DNA of 63,971 bases, the filler included, from Circinaria calcarea (taxonomy: Eukaryota): NCBI GenBank assembly GCA_051942165.1. It is 4 parts of 4 records of this genome, joined end to end, with 100 filler letters (N's around TTAATTAATTAA, not from the genome) between each part and the next. Parts side by side here need not be neighbours in the genome. Positions count along the whole stretch, not along the records: positions 16,656 to 33,208 come from JAVECS010000317.1; positions 33,309 to 49,860 come from JAVECS010000318.1; 2 more parts are not named here. One strand, 5' to 3'. The stretch's first letter is position 1, and every line of letters begins with the position of its first letter. A program made the position numbers and the translations under genes. The notes under the pieces were generated by a model that ran no database searches, was not told where the DNA came from, and worked only from the letters and a program-made list of their open reading frames with translations. Positions 20,724 to 33,610 of this stretch are shown in pieces.

Positions 20724-23114
20724 GTTTGTGAACCGTTCAAGGACTGGTCTCAACGGAGGAAGCTTAACAGAAGACTGCTACTTCGCCATAAAAGGTCGGA
20801 GGGGATAAGTGAAAGGGCCCGAGGGATAGGAAGCGAGGATATATGAGGATCGAGAGGAAGCACGGAACTTGAATAGATCAAACGCATCCAGGGTGATGAA
20901 GTTGTGAGCAACGCATTATAACGGTTTGAGGAGCTGTTCGAGAAGGGTATTTGTTGGAGTTGGTTCTTGAGGGCGGACAGTCTTTGAGGTCGGATCACTA
21001 ATGAACGGGTCTCGCAGCAGGGGGTATGTGTGTGTATTTGAGATCTCTCTGTGGCATATGACAAAGGAAGCGAGTCTCAACCGCTAGAGAACAGGACTGC
21101 GGTTAGCGTTGAGTAAGCAGACAGCATCTCTCACAAAGACAGACAGACGGCTGAAGGAGTTGAGATGTTGGAGGATTTCGGAAGAGAGTCGGTGAATAAG
21201 GGCACGGGGAGAGGAGGGGGAGTTTGGAGAGGCAAGGAAGACGGTGGCTCTGAGATGTTTGCCCAGTCAGATTGTTGTGATCCTTTAGTATTACCGTGAT
21301 GCATCCCGACTATGACTGCATAGGGAAAGGACAGCCGCCTTTAGAGCCACGCTAACCATTGCTGGATTAAGGCATCGGCTCGATCACGATTGTGCCCCGA
21401 AATCGCACTCGTGTGCCCCTCCAATCAACCAGCTCGGCCGGATCCATTCTCACACGGTAGTTGGGAATACATCAGAGCCTCAGTCACCCTGCGAGCCTGC
21501 TTGTCTCTGTCTGCGCAACGATGGCAACAACTTCAACTTAGCCCTGTCGAGCATGTTTCTACTCGATGATGCGGGCAATGTTGCAACAGCACGAAGAGCA
21601 GCAGCAATCAGCCGCCATGGCAACCAAACGAGGAGCAGACGAACATCTCTCGTCATTCCTCCGACCATCCGTCCATTACATTTCCACCGACGTCGCATTC
21701 GGTTTTCCGTGGTGGTGCCCGTGGTGATGCGAGAACTAGAAGGCCTACTAGGGAGTAGGCGGAGTGTGTACGGAATAGAGTAACCAAAGGCGACGGCAGG
21801 CTGTACACCACTTCGACCCTCCTACTCGTGCCTATCGCTTCGCCATCATACGGGCGCCTACCAATGAAGCATCCGGCGAGGACACACAGACTTCCCCCCC
21901 GAGTAACCGGCCATGGGTCTGTCTCCCATGCCAAATTGTCATCGATGCGACGGACGAAAGGCGCTACGACTTTGTCAGCATTCTCGAGTTCAACGCTGCA
22001 GAGTTCATTTATGTTGGGAACGTTGGTCTCTACGGGGCAGGCAGGTGTGTAATATGTCGATTGTACGGATTGCTACCACATGCGAACGCATTTCATCATG
22101 CTGACAGCAGCCCTTGCACATGAAGATGGTGGATGCGCCCTGGCTTTCTCAATATGGACAAGTGTCTTGGGAGAACTTTTCCATTTCGCGCCCTGCCAAC
22201 ATTCCGTGCATACACCCTGGGCACCCGGCTGCGGCTCAGCGAATCACCACCGTCCAGTTTTCTCGTCGTTGGCAAAGTGCGGGGTGGCGTTGCATGTCTT
22301 CCGCGGCATAGGACTTCCTATGGAATTGTGGTCAGATGAGCACCGTCTTCATAAACTGATGTCTTGGGCCAATCACTTCTTCCCTTTTGGAAATTCTTCA
22401 ATCTCGGACCACGAACGTAGGTAATGGCAAACTTGACCAAACGAAACTCCGTCCAGACAGAGTTTGCTGGGTTGGTCGATTAATGGCAGCATCTACCTAT
22501 TTTCGATTTTCACCGCGACGTCACTGCTGTGTTGTCCATTTGGCCAGGACCTCTTCAGGAACTGCCTGCGGACTTTCGGGGAACGGCATCTGGCACCTGA
22601 GGCTCTGCCGTCTTGCCTCAATAGAGAATTGGGACTCAAGCTGATCGGTTCGTCGCTTCGTTTCTAGCACATGTACAAGCCGTCGGCTGCCTGGTACCTT
22701 GTGCCTGAAACAACGTTGAAAGTCAATGGCCCTGAAAGGTCGCCCAATCGTGGCCTGTTTGCCTGTTTGCCTGGTTGCCTGGTTGCCTGGTCGCTTGGTC
22801 GCCTTTGGTACCTGTCGCCCGAAAATGCTGCTGCGGGATTTATCAGCCTTTCTGCGGGTTTTAGGCAAAAATTGGCTTGGCGCTTTGCTGTGGTCATCAA
22901 CGAGGCTGTGCAAGGTCTGCCTACTTTCACCGTAAATTGTCAATGCTCTAGGTAAGTGAGATTCTCTCGTTGCCTATCCATGCTGCTACACATGTTCAAC
23001 CAGATGTATCCCAAGAATGTTAATCCCATGGCTTTGGAGAGATAGAAAGATAAGCAAAGTATAAATAAGAAATCGAGCCTTGGAGTGTCCTAATGAGTAC
23101 TTCCAAGGGCGCCA

Positions 23115-24517
23115 ATGGATCAAAACCTGACATCACTCCCCATATGAAAGATACAAAGACTATCTTTATACGCAGCTTGAGGGTCGGCCAAGCTATCGAT
23201 GGCTAATGCACTTCTCTGAAGCTTGAAGCAGTTCCTTTAGAGACTTCTGTAAGCGTACACGAAATTGAAGATGGAACCTCTAACAAGCGGAACTTTTCAT
23301 GGAGGATTGACGAGCTTGCCGAAGCTCGGCAGTGCCACTCAGCAAAACTGAAGAGCAGGGTGACAGTAGTGCCAACACGAAAGTCGGAGTATCGATCGAG
23401 ACGTTGTTAATACATTAGGAAGAACTTATGACATTGACCCATGTTTCTTACGGACTCATTTCGACTAGAAAGACTGTCAGAACGAGAAGTCGTTTTCGCC
23501 CGAGTTGAGAGCAAGCTGCAGAGAGAAAGGGATTGGATGAGATCATGTTGAAACCAGAGAGAAAAGTGGAACTCTGCTTCCCCGACCTTCGGTACCTCAG
23601 GAGAGACGCTCCGCGTAGGCCTAGGTAAGGATTGTACGTCTGTGCTTTTTACAAAGGGACTATACGAGGAAGCTACGGGTATACCTACTCATTCTGTCCA
23701 GGTGACAAGAAAGGCGGATGTTGAATGTGCAAGTCGTTATTTGGATTCGGGCTTTACGAAAATGTACAGCTGGTACTTCTGAGATTGAACGAAGCAGTAT
23801 TAGAATTTACGGGCGACAGTCACCCCTTTATAGTCGATACAATTTCCTCTGTGATAGGTAAAGGAGCACACTTGATGGGCTATTTTTAACGCTGGGAAAC
23901 CTTGGTCAATGTGATGTGACTTGGTTCATTTTTTATTATGTGGGTTTTCTCGTACTCGAATAATATAGTGAACTGGTGCATGAATTGGATCCAGCAATTC
24001 ATTGCGAAATATATGACCAGGAAGGTGGTTGGAAACAAGCTATCTATGACCTTCTGCAAGACCTTGGCAACATGCAAATAGAGCTCTCACAATTCGTCAA
24101 AGGCACGCAAGTCCGGAGATGAAAAACGATGGTGGCATTACGGAGACTACTACAGGATATCCAATCACTTCGTTTCAACTTCGAAGATATCGCGAAGAAA
24201 TACCATGGAGATGACCAGTGGAGTATTGAAGTGTTCAGCAAACTCTGATGAGCAGCAGCTGGAAGAGATCAACAAATCCAAGGATGCTGTCGAAGCTAGC
24301 ATTCATATTCATTCCCCTCAACTTCATGACTACTTCCTTTGGGATGAATTTGGCAATCCGGACTGGCCTAGCACGGCTATGGACTTTCCTACTAATTGCC
24401 GTCATGATCAGTAGTCTTACTGTATCCCAGCTTTCGGAAGTATTTGGACATACGCAAGGCAAAACAAATCTGTGGATGGCTTTAGCTTTACTCCAACTTA
24501 CTGGCCATTTGCCATGA
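23115..24517 (+). pseudogene. Degenerate CorA-like Mg2+ transporter-domain gene
   Basis: The CorA-type signature LSKLAFIFIPLNFMTTSFGMNL is at about 24284-24350, but upstream coding-like fragments are broken by stops and frameshifts. Boundaries are approximate. Confidence 0.55.
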
Positions 24518-25258
24518 ATTGCTTTCTGGTTTGGGACGTTTGTCTCTTCCATTCTAGCCAGATCAATGCAGCACTTTATAGTAATGGTATCAACCATAAT
24601 TTGAGGTATGGCCTCAAATCGAGAGATTACCCATATTCTCCCACGGCAGATGTGTTTTAGCTTCCAGAAGGTGACAAAGCACGGCCTTCCCCAAGATATT
24701 GGCGGAGCAGAGTGCATCAGGTCTATAACCTTATTATCATGCCAGGATGCGAAGATGAGACATTTTTCGATCGTCTTAAGTCGAGGTTGCGGAATGAGTC
24801 ATTGAATCCTTGGGCATGGAAGTAGAAACTTACTAAAAACGTTGACAATATAAGTACAAGTTCGCCAGGTCAGCTTTTCCACAAACACATCTGTCTTCGA
24901 CGACAGAATCCTTGCAGCTGACATATTTGTTCTATCCATCAGTGTGCACTTGGCAATTCGTCTTGGGAGATACCAATAAGGATGTCAGTAAAGGTCCACA
25001 GCTTCTCCATCCTCTCTCTGCTAGAGCCTTGAGCGCAGCTGCTAGCGCTCTTTCTATTGGATGAGATATTACATTAGCTATTGTAAAGCTAGGAACTAAT
25101 TCTCGCCCTGCAATCCATTGTTAATCGACCAAGTCCATAAACGGGTTACATGGTTAAGGGTGGAAATAGCCTGAAAAGTTCAGTGTGACATCTACGGCGG
25201 GTGGAACGGCGTTTAAGCCTTCAAGAATGTCAGCCTTGATGTCTTGAAAAGATGATTG

Positions 25259-25814
25259 CTACCAGAGTGCCAACGACCGAACTCCTCGAACAGCCTCTGC
25301 ATATTGTGGGATCCGCGGGTTGCAAGTCGATGATTTATGAGGCTTACCTTTAACGGCATTCCGTCTTTCGTCTCTCTTCCGCCGGCCACTAATATTCAGT
25401 AGTGTTGCTTGCAGACTGTAATAAGCTTTACCCCTCACCGACGATAGCAGTGGATCGGAGACGCAAAGATCGACAATGATGTCGATAGCAGCTTTGACTT
25501 GTTCCCCAGGTAATAACGATCTGACGCCGGCGGTGATGGCAACGTTGCAGGACTCGAACAACCAAGCATTAGCCACTGAATTGCGGAATACTGAGAACTA
25601 GGACCTCTATTCTACTTACTCGAATGGAGGGGCTTAGATACGCCTGGACCAATGGCCACGTTATCACTTGCTCCCCAAAGCAGTGAATACTGCAGTTGAC
25701 TTTACGACGAGCTCCTAAATGTGCATCGCATTTATAGCTCAGATGATCCTGTATGACTGAATTCTGCCACCATGGACCTGGTTTGCTCAACCCGGTTAAT
25801 ATCGCCTTGGCCAT
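25259..25814 (-). pseudogene. Fragmented Cys-containing gene of an uncharacterised fungal family
   Basis: Adjacent ORFs in different frames carry SYKCDAHLG...VNCS and SCNVAITA...EQVKAAIDIIVDLCVSDPLLSSVRGKAYY. These recall a family of fungal hypothetical proteins (from memory, not searched). I found no clean splice path. Confidence 0.3.
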
Positions 25815-27112
25815 GATTGAGAAAGCACCTGTGTGGTAGTGAAGTCAAAGTGCACTAAACGATGGCGCTTTCGCCAGCCTTTTGCTGCAACGTTCTGGCA
25901 AGGGCTAGTGGAATGGCTTTGTTGTCGTTGCCAGGCTCGGTATCGTCAATTGGGTTACCAACGGTGAGTATGGTGAATAATGTGTAGGTTTGTGTACGTG
26001 ATAAGCGGCTGTTAGTGACGAATTGAAGACAGTGAATGCTCTTACGATGGGTTGCTCAAATCCGTTATAATGTCTACCATAAATTCCACAGATTTGCTAA
26101 TCCGAACCCTCCAATACCGCCTCTCCGCTCAACGCACTGCTGTATGATTAAATCCGCCAGCCGTCAATATCGTCCGGCTTCAGCATTATCGGTTGAGGGT
26201 GGGATGATGGGCCGGCTTGCTCCAATGCAATCACAGAATGTAATATGATATCGCACAATAGGTTGATCAGCTCTCGATATTCCGATTCACACGAATAATG
26301 GCTTCTGCAATCTCATCGAAGGACGAAGGACATACGACTGACCAGATGCTCCGACCGACGCAATCGTATACGGCCCTTCAGTTCCATGCACATAATACGG
26401 TACTGGCACTACGCCTCTGGGATATTGGATTCCCGGACGAAAATAATTAGAAAGGAAAAGGTTGGTTCGGTATGTCGCTTCGCAAAAATGACAGTGAGGC
26501 GGTATACTTGGGAGAATGGGAAGAGGATGGAGGGATATGTCCGACAGCTAAGTTAAACGAAAATAGTAAAGGATGCAATGACCTAATTACGGGTGCCCGG
26601 CTCCCCAATTGACCTTTCTATTAATTCCTGCATCGAGGTCTCTGTTTATATAATATCCCCAAATACCACCATCAATTTTTACGAAGAGGGTCCTTTCTCT
26701 CGATTTCATTATTCATGGCTTATTGATTTCCGTTGACTCTGCTATGCATATGTTCCCGTGTAACAAACCAAATGTGAAATCAAGCCAAACTTCTATAAAG
26801 CTGCTCGAGGTTAAATTTGGTATGTCATTCATGAAACTCGTTATTTGGTGGATAGTATAAGCAGTTTGGCCGAAGAATTTTTTTTTGGGTTGGTTACACA
26901 GCAAAAACAATTTTCCTGCAAACATTTCAGTCAAGGGAAGTAAATCAAGGTACGGTACATGATATAAACGAATGACTTTTGGATTTCGCAAAATAACTTC
27001 ATGGAACGGATCATTTGGTCAATTTCCCCCCAGTTTCATCGATTTTCCCCCATGGCTCTGAACCTTTGCCCGCGATCAGGCTTCCTTCGAGAAGGGTATC
27101 CCGGAGAAATGT

Positions 27113-27627
27113 CTAGGAGCACCAGGGAGGTACGCGCCCTTTGGCTGCAAGGAATGAGCGAGAATGATTAATGCCATGGGAAAAGCTTCTGGAGAGTACA
27201 TACGTCGACAATTTTTCAAGTAATAGAAAGACACAAAGCATCCGTCTTGGGTTTTACCCCAGAGCCTACAAAGCATCAGTCTTCTTTCGAACCCGAGCCG
27301 GAACGGCATTGGAGGTGGATAAACTCACGAGTTACCCTTGATGTTCTCGCCACGTTTACGGCATCTAATATTCACCGAAGCCCCTTTGGGGTACTGTCTC
27401 TCCGCTTTGCAACGTCTCCAGGGGCATGACCTGCACTTGAGAGCGCTGGCCGCAATTGTGCAGGTAATGGTCTCTGTATCTGCTGAGGCAGAAGAGTCGG
27501 ACAGAGTACTAGATGGGTCGACTTCGACATCACCGCCGGACTCCTCCCCGTCTTGGGGTGCGGCCATGGGGTTTGCCACAACAAACAAGGCGAAGAAGAT
27601 GGTAAGAAGGAGAGTGGTAAGCTTCAT
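27113..27627 (-). CDS. Secreted 130-aa protein: signal peptide, acidic spacer, cationic SH3-like cell-wall-binding domain with 8 Cys; exons 27627-27329, 27265-27204, 27144-27113
   Basis: Signal MKLTTLLLTIFFALFVVA. Introns GTGAGT...TGTAG and GTATGT...TGCAG give ...LKCRSCP...QYPKGASVNIRC...GENIKGNSLWGKTQDGCFVSFYYLKNCRPKGRVPPWCS*. This matches the fungal SH3b-like module pattern (CRsgP...Y.kG..V.I.C...G..v.Gn.iWdKt.dGCyVsdyY). TATA-like TATATATAAG at 27763-27754. Confidence 0.8.
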
Positions 27628-27852
27628 ATTTGGGTAGGTTTCTGGCTGAGAAAATATAAACGCTTTGGCGCTCTGGAATTTGAGGTAGACTTGTGAATAT
27701 TTTGCTGATTGTCTGGTTGAGATTGAGGAGAGAGACAGGAGCCCTCGAGCATTCTTATATATATGTTGGTCCCAATGCCGATGGAACCTCATCTCAATCG
27801 GCCGCCCTCCACCACACTGTTCACTAAGACGCGCACCATTCGGAGTCGATAC

Positions 27853-27966
27853 GGGTTCTCGCCGTTTCTGGGGAGAATGTCAATTCATGCTTTCCTCGTA
27901 TTCGAGCAATATGGGCTCTTGCCGTCTCTGGCGAGAGTGTCAACTCATGCGTTCTCGTATTCGAGC
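27853..27966. repeat. Imperfect ~60-bp tandem duplication
   Basis: GGGTTCTCGCCGTTTCTGGGGAGAATGTCAATTCATGC...CTCGTATTCGAGC (27853-27912) versus GGGCTCTTGCCGTCTCTGGCGAGAGTGTCAACTCATGC...CTCGTATTCGAGC (27913-27966). Confidence 0.85.
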
Positions 27967-30601
27967 GGGGCATCTGGAGGCAATCACTGACGGATCTTGA
28001 GTCCATATTCTATCCCATCCGAATGAAGCACAAGGCATCGGCGAGGCAAGCCAAGATGTTACACCAAAGTAGCCATAAACCCAAGCTTGGACAGAGGAGA
28101 AGAGGTTGAAGTTGACATTGTGGAGAGGTCATGCACGGCGATTTTGAACCTCTGTGGCCTGGTGAACGCCATTTACCACATAGGTCCACCGGCTTGATCA
28201 CTAGACGACGGGAACCTAAACATGTGGCCGAGGCAGGGGTACTCTTCATTGAGGTAGTATCAGTTATTCAATTGTTTGTGATGGTAAGCTTGGATGGCTG
28301 TACTCTTCCTTTTAACTCCGTTGTATGGGTGGCACAGATAATGACAGCTGCAATATTTTGCTTGGTAGCACGAACTCATCTCCCCATGGCGAACCCAGAG
28401 GTCCCAGATCATCAATGCACTCTTCAGATGTACAGATGATATATTTACGGGCAAAACTCATAGCATATGGTCTAGCATCATCAATACCAACCCACGAATT
28501 CCAAAAAGCATATTTCCTATTAGGCGACTTGAAGCGTTTCCACGGGTTCTTCACGGCGGTCAATGCCAAGTCAACCAAACTCTCCATATGCCCGGAGGTT
28601 ACTCAGGGGATTTAAGGTTAGCACCGTGCTCATCCATCCTTCAAACCGGCACTTCTTATAGCTTCCGTGGATTCTTGCGCAATGCCAAGCCCTGGGGAAT
28701 ACGAGTGTAACGGTCTGGCATGCCCCCATGTTCAGTAAGTGACCTTTTCTGTATGTAGGGAAATGGCTGCGAACAGTGCGAACCGAGACAAGGCGGAAAG
28801 TAAGGGTGGGTGGAATTCAAGGAAGCTGACTGCATTAGCTTCTCTATAAGGGAGTGACCCAATCCGTATTGCGGGGGGCAGAATGGGTATGACGAGCTCG
28901 AAATCTGATTGGTTGAGTAGCTCACGTCAGCAGTTAAAAAAGCACGGAACAAAAACCGAGTCAATCCGATATATCGCCAAGGTGGCTTTCTCCAACTCGA
29001 TCGGCCAAAAAGCCTCTTGGAGTTGGAAGGCTTGAGAAATGCCGGCAACATGTTTCAAGATGCTTGCTGTTGCCCCCATTTCGCTACCGGTCCCAAAGCC
29101 ACCATATAATTCAACCGGCATGTGAAGATGCGCGCTCATGTCCACTCCACTGGACCGCAAATTTCTCCCCACCCTCGTTTGTTGGGGCAGGGTAGACATC
29201 CGGTCGCTGAGCTAGAGTGATTGGTGCCACTGTACTGCTAGCGACGGTTAAGAGTCGACAACTCGAGGGCTTTCGTACCTCTGGCTAGACTACTGATGGG
29301 CTGTCTCGATCCCAGAACCCAGTGAGGATTGCCCCGCACATGTCTATGCCCCATCAATTATCGTGTTGGGGTTTTTTGAGGTATTCAAATGGTATTGGGA
29401 CCATGCTGCACCTGCTTCGTAGAAGAGCGGTCGCGATATTCGATATTCGATCTTGGAGATTAACTCGAGAGCCCGGGTTGTTACTACAGCGGCAGGTACG
29501 GTTAGTTACATCAACATGGCCGCGCAGAAAGAAGTCTCGTCCGAATCTGTGGGATTGGTCATACTTCCTCATATATCCGGCTATACCATTGGGGGTCACT
29601 CAATAATCCAACAGTCTGTATGCAGTACGGGAGTCTCAATCATATATCTTCGCCCTACAGAGGTCTGCTTTGATGCCTTTGTGCACAGCTTCAAGTTTGT
29701 CCATGGTTCCTTGACTTGACTTTGGTTGGCACGCAGTCTCGCGTAAGGCTCCCGACGTGGAAGATTGCTTGGTCAAAACACGAGGAATAAGCCAATCGAG
29801 ACGGCATCGGTCAGTTTCGAATCCGGAGCCTAATACTCGTTCAGGTTGTTCGATGAAACCATGTTAATAGGGAAACAATCTGAAGTTGGGGACAAATGCC
29901 TTAAGTATATCTTGGCGATTCGCCGGTCAGTCTTTGATATTCAGACACACCACTAATAAACGCCATCATCAACACCAAGGAGAAATAGACCCTCGGAATA
30001 CGAAGCCTTGATCGATTCTCGATGGTATCAGAAGACGCTAGCGGCTACCAGATTAAGTTCCAGTAAACGTATCATGCACGTTACTGTCTCATAAACCGAG
30101 ATATTACAGCCACAGCCAAGGACCCAAGGCCCATTCCTAGCTATCCTAGAAGGTCTCCATGCGACTATCACTTCCCCGAGCTAAATAGAAAGGCTTGAGC
30201 AGAAAGGCGGAACTTATTTCGCCGAGGATTATTCGTACTTAACCTAATAGCCTTCACTACGCTCGTGGCTACGTCCACTGAGAATCTACTTCGTTCGTGC
30301 CATCGCCAGCGCTACTTCCTGGTACCATAAGTGACTGTTTTTTTTTTTATCACGGCGTCAAGAATCATCGGCCGTCTTCTTTTCACCGGAAAACGTCAAT
30401 TGGAAATTCTACAATAACTCTTTTAAACTAGGATAGAACGCTCTTGTAGATTTTCTTTCCAGCGGCAGGCTCGGCTTCGGTCACCGCACGTTCATACCCG
30501 GCTTAGCCGCTCTGGGTTCGTAGTCTTGAGACTCTTTGTCGCATCGACCTTATCTGCCGGCCGGAATCAATGCTCCTCAGGCCTCAGCTCTTGCACTATG
30601 A

Positions 30602-30756
30602 GAAAGCATACGGCTTACCGAGTCACGTGTTATCCATGCGGTAACACGGGGTCCATGCTCAATACTGCCTGCTCACTCTTTTCCAAGCACTTTTTTCGCT
30701 GTATGCTAGATGAGATAGTTATAGCAGTTAGATAGTAATACATGCCGCTTAATATA
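30602..30756 (-). repeat. Dispersed ~160-bp repeat, copy 2
   Basis: Homologous to 15803-15970; contains the hairpin CGTGTTA-N9-TAACACG (30626-30648). Confidence 0.8.
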
Positions 30757-31372
30757 CAACAACTACTTTTTCCGTCCTATTCTTAAGGCACACTTAGTTC
30801 CTTCTGCACTCCCACCACTGTGATATCTTTCCTGGAAGTTCAGTTCCGATATTTTCTTCGCAAATCTAGGCCAGGAGTAATAATTTACACTACACGCAGG
30901 GGTTGGGGTGGGGTTTCCTAGGGCTAATAAAACCTAACCCAATTTATTTGGTTGGGTTTTTTTCACCGGGTTTGGGTTAGAACAGTAAGTTGCATGATGC
31001 AAAACCCGGAACCTTAAGGCTTAACGTTTAAAAAGAGCTTTCGAATGAAAAAAAAAAAAAATTCCTTTGGTCCCTAGCCGATAATATCCGGCCGTTTTCC
31101 ATATCCGAAAAATTTCCTCTTTTTTAAAATAAAACCAACCTGTTCCGAATGCAAAGCCACTCCATTCGGGGGACCCCTATACTTTCGTAGGGGGATTTTA
31201 CAACTGAGCGCGCACGCGTCGAATTTCCATAAACCTTTAGCTCCTCGAAAACCCCGGTCTCTCTTCTCCTCTCTGCCCCCACAATTCCCCCTTTTTCCTT
31301 CAGCCCACGTGACAAAGCGCTGTGCGGGCGCAGAAATACAATTATAGCGGAGTTGTTAAGTCAACCAGGTCA

Positions 31373-31528
31373 ATCTGTTGGGCAGCAGAATGTATGGTGG
31401 CATTGCTACCTGAGTATGTAACTAAGGAACTATCTATGCTACGAAAAAGTGCTTTTATGGTGTGTGGAAGTGTTAAGCATGGACCTCCTAAGCAACACAT
31501 GCCTCGGTAAGCCCTATGTCTTCCAACA
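31373..31528 (+). repeat. Dispersed ~160-bp repeat, copy 3 (inverted relative to copies 1 and 2)
   Basis: ATCTGTTGGGCAGCA...ATGTATGGTG...CGAAAAAGTGCTTTTA...TGTTAAGCATGGACC...AACACATGCCTCGGTAAGCCCTATGTCTTCCAACA aligns with the reverse complements of copies 1 and 2. Confidence 0.75.
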
Positions 31529-32631
31529 CAATCAATAGGCAGCATAGAAAGGGGTGAGTTGGACTACTTAACTCTCGCGTGGATTGATGCATATGCTGGA
31601 TGATTCTATCGTGCGTATGTGTGTGTGTATATATGTGTGAGTGTGATGTGTAAGATATATAAGTTCTGCAGAGTACGAAAAACCAAAGGGGGAAAAAAAC
31701 CCCCTCTGCAACACACGCTACTGTTAATGCCAGTAGTGCGGTGCCGAAAACCTTCTCTGTATGCAGTGCCGAACTCGACCCTATGATACATTTAAATTCA
31801 GTGTTTAAAAAATAAAAGTTATTGTATATATATTTTCCAAGATTTTAAAATCTTATAAAAGAAAGAAAAAAAGAAAGAAAAAAACAAGACCAGAAAAACC
31901 CGTCGGGTTAAAAAATCCAATCTACTGGTAAAAAGGCAAAAGCCCAGCGAAAGCCAAAGCCAAAGCCAAAGAAAAGAGGAAAGAACGAAAGAAACAAAAA
32001 TTGCGTTTGCAAAGGGTATGCGTGTGCTAGAGATAAGCCAGACTAGTCCTTCGTAAAAGGGATAGAAGTCACATCCGTTGTGCACGATTACTATACTAAG
32101 AACGTAATGGGGTATCGAGTATTGTTCCATATATTGGTGTGCCGATATCGATAAGCATGCTATTCCAATGGACGAGGAACAGCCTGGTTATATGGTATGG
32201 TATACGGAGCACCCTGAGCAACTTCTCCTGCTCATTCTGCTCCACTAGTGCTAAGCGAACGCACTAGTCCCGTGTTTGGCATACGAAGGTCGCCTAGTAT
32301 GGCTTGGCGCCATAATAATGCACCGTATTACACCAAGTGGTAATTCTCTTGGGAGGAAAGGAATCCTGAGGCTTCGAGCGGATAGATCTTGCAAAGGTAA
32401 TCAATCCTATGTAGGCTTGGTAGAAATCTATTTCTCTACCCCGTATACCCGTACATTCCACCCCGATTCCCTAATAGCCCTCTAACCCGCTCGGTTCGCT
32501 CGCTGTAGTCCCATGGACAATACCCTACCCAAGAAGAGGCTCTCGTGATACATGTCTCATAGAATCATTCCATCCAGGATTCCTTCCTCCTCGAAAACCC
32601 ACCTTGCCCCACACATCTCAATATTTACCGT

Positions 32632-33208
32632 TCAAATTTTTAACAACGCTCCTCTTGTGCCCCCATCTAGCTTGACCCTCCACAGTCTCCTCTCCCCAAA
32701 ACACCACATCTCACCACCCCTGCCAAAACAAAAGTTCGCACATCCACCTTCGATGAGAATTTTCCCGATCAACATTCCCCCAGTATTCCATACATTAACG
32801 CCGTCTCCGCACCCAGCATATACATTTCCGAAGACATCGCATTTGATGCCGTCTGGAACACCGGTATCTGCATAGGCGAAGACGCGACGGTTCGTGAGAA
32901 ATGGCGAGGAGGTGGCGGAATCATAAATGATGGAGTAGGCGTAAATGGTTGCCGCGCGCGTATGTAAGGTGGAGCCGTCACCGTGGATAAAATCCGTGTC
33001 GGTAATGTAAACAGTCATTTGGTCAGGGGAGAAACAGATCCCATTAGGCCGGCCGAATCCATCGGCAACTACACGGATATCACCCGTAGCGGGATTAAAT
33101 CGGTAAACCTGTTGCGGGAGCTGTGGTTTAGGTCGAAATCCTTGTTCGTAGCCATAAATGGGATCTGTGAACCAGATTGAGCCATCGGAGTGAACGACAA
33201 CATCGTTG
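32632..33208 (-). CDS. SMP-30/gluconolactonase (lactonohydrolase) family beta-propeller, 5' part lost in the gap
   Basis: Motifs NDVVVHSDGSIWFTDPIYG, RPNGICFSPD, TVYITDT, VPDGIKCDVFGNVYAGCGDGVNVWN and ANFCFG. Confidence 0.9.
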
Positions 33209-33308
33209 NNNNNNNNNNNNNNNNNNNNNNNNNNNNNNNNNNNNNNNNNNNNTTAATTAATTAANNNNNNNNNNNNNNNNNNNNNNNNNNNNNNNNNNNN
33301 NNNNNNNN
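33209..33308. other. Artificial contig linker N44-TTAATTAATTAA-N44
   Basis: Same 100-nt structure as the other two gaps. Confidence 0.97.
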
Positions 33309-33610
33309 AAAGGGGGGGGGGAGATGGGGGTTTTAGTAAGAGATGGGTACGATAAATGATGAATCAGTGGCCAACAGGAAGGAATTCACTCCCCGCATTT
33401 TCAACCTCAGGTGACAATAGAGGCCGACTTTCGATAATTAGAAAAGGCACAGGTCATGCATCGTGCCGGCAATTTTTTTTGCACCCGTTTAGTGGTCCCT
33501 CTTGCAGAAGAATTTGTTGCACACGCTCTTCTCCAACGCCTATACCTGTCCCTTCCCAAACCAACCCCGCCAACCCGACCCCAGAACTCCATAAACCTTC
33601 CATTGGCAAT

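Noticed and set aside
22755..22810. TGCCTG(G/T)T octamer repeats
   Set aside because: Short degenerate microsatellite with no spacer structure; not CRISPR-like.
28010..29720. Coding-like fragments on the minus strand, possibly a decayed gene
   Set aside because: I could not assign a family or build a consistent frame.
29898..29913. 16-nt exact match GCCTTAAGTATATCTT also at 62110-62125
   Set aside because: About one 16-mer match is expected by chance in 64 kb, and the flanks do not align.
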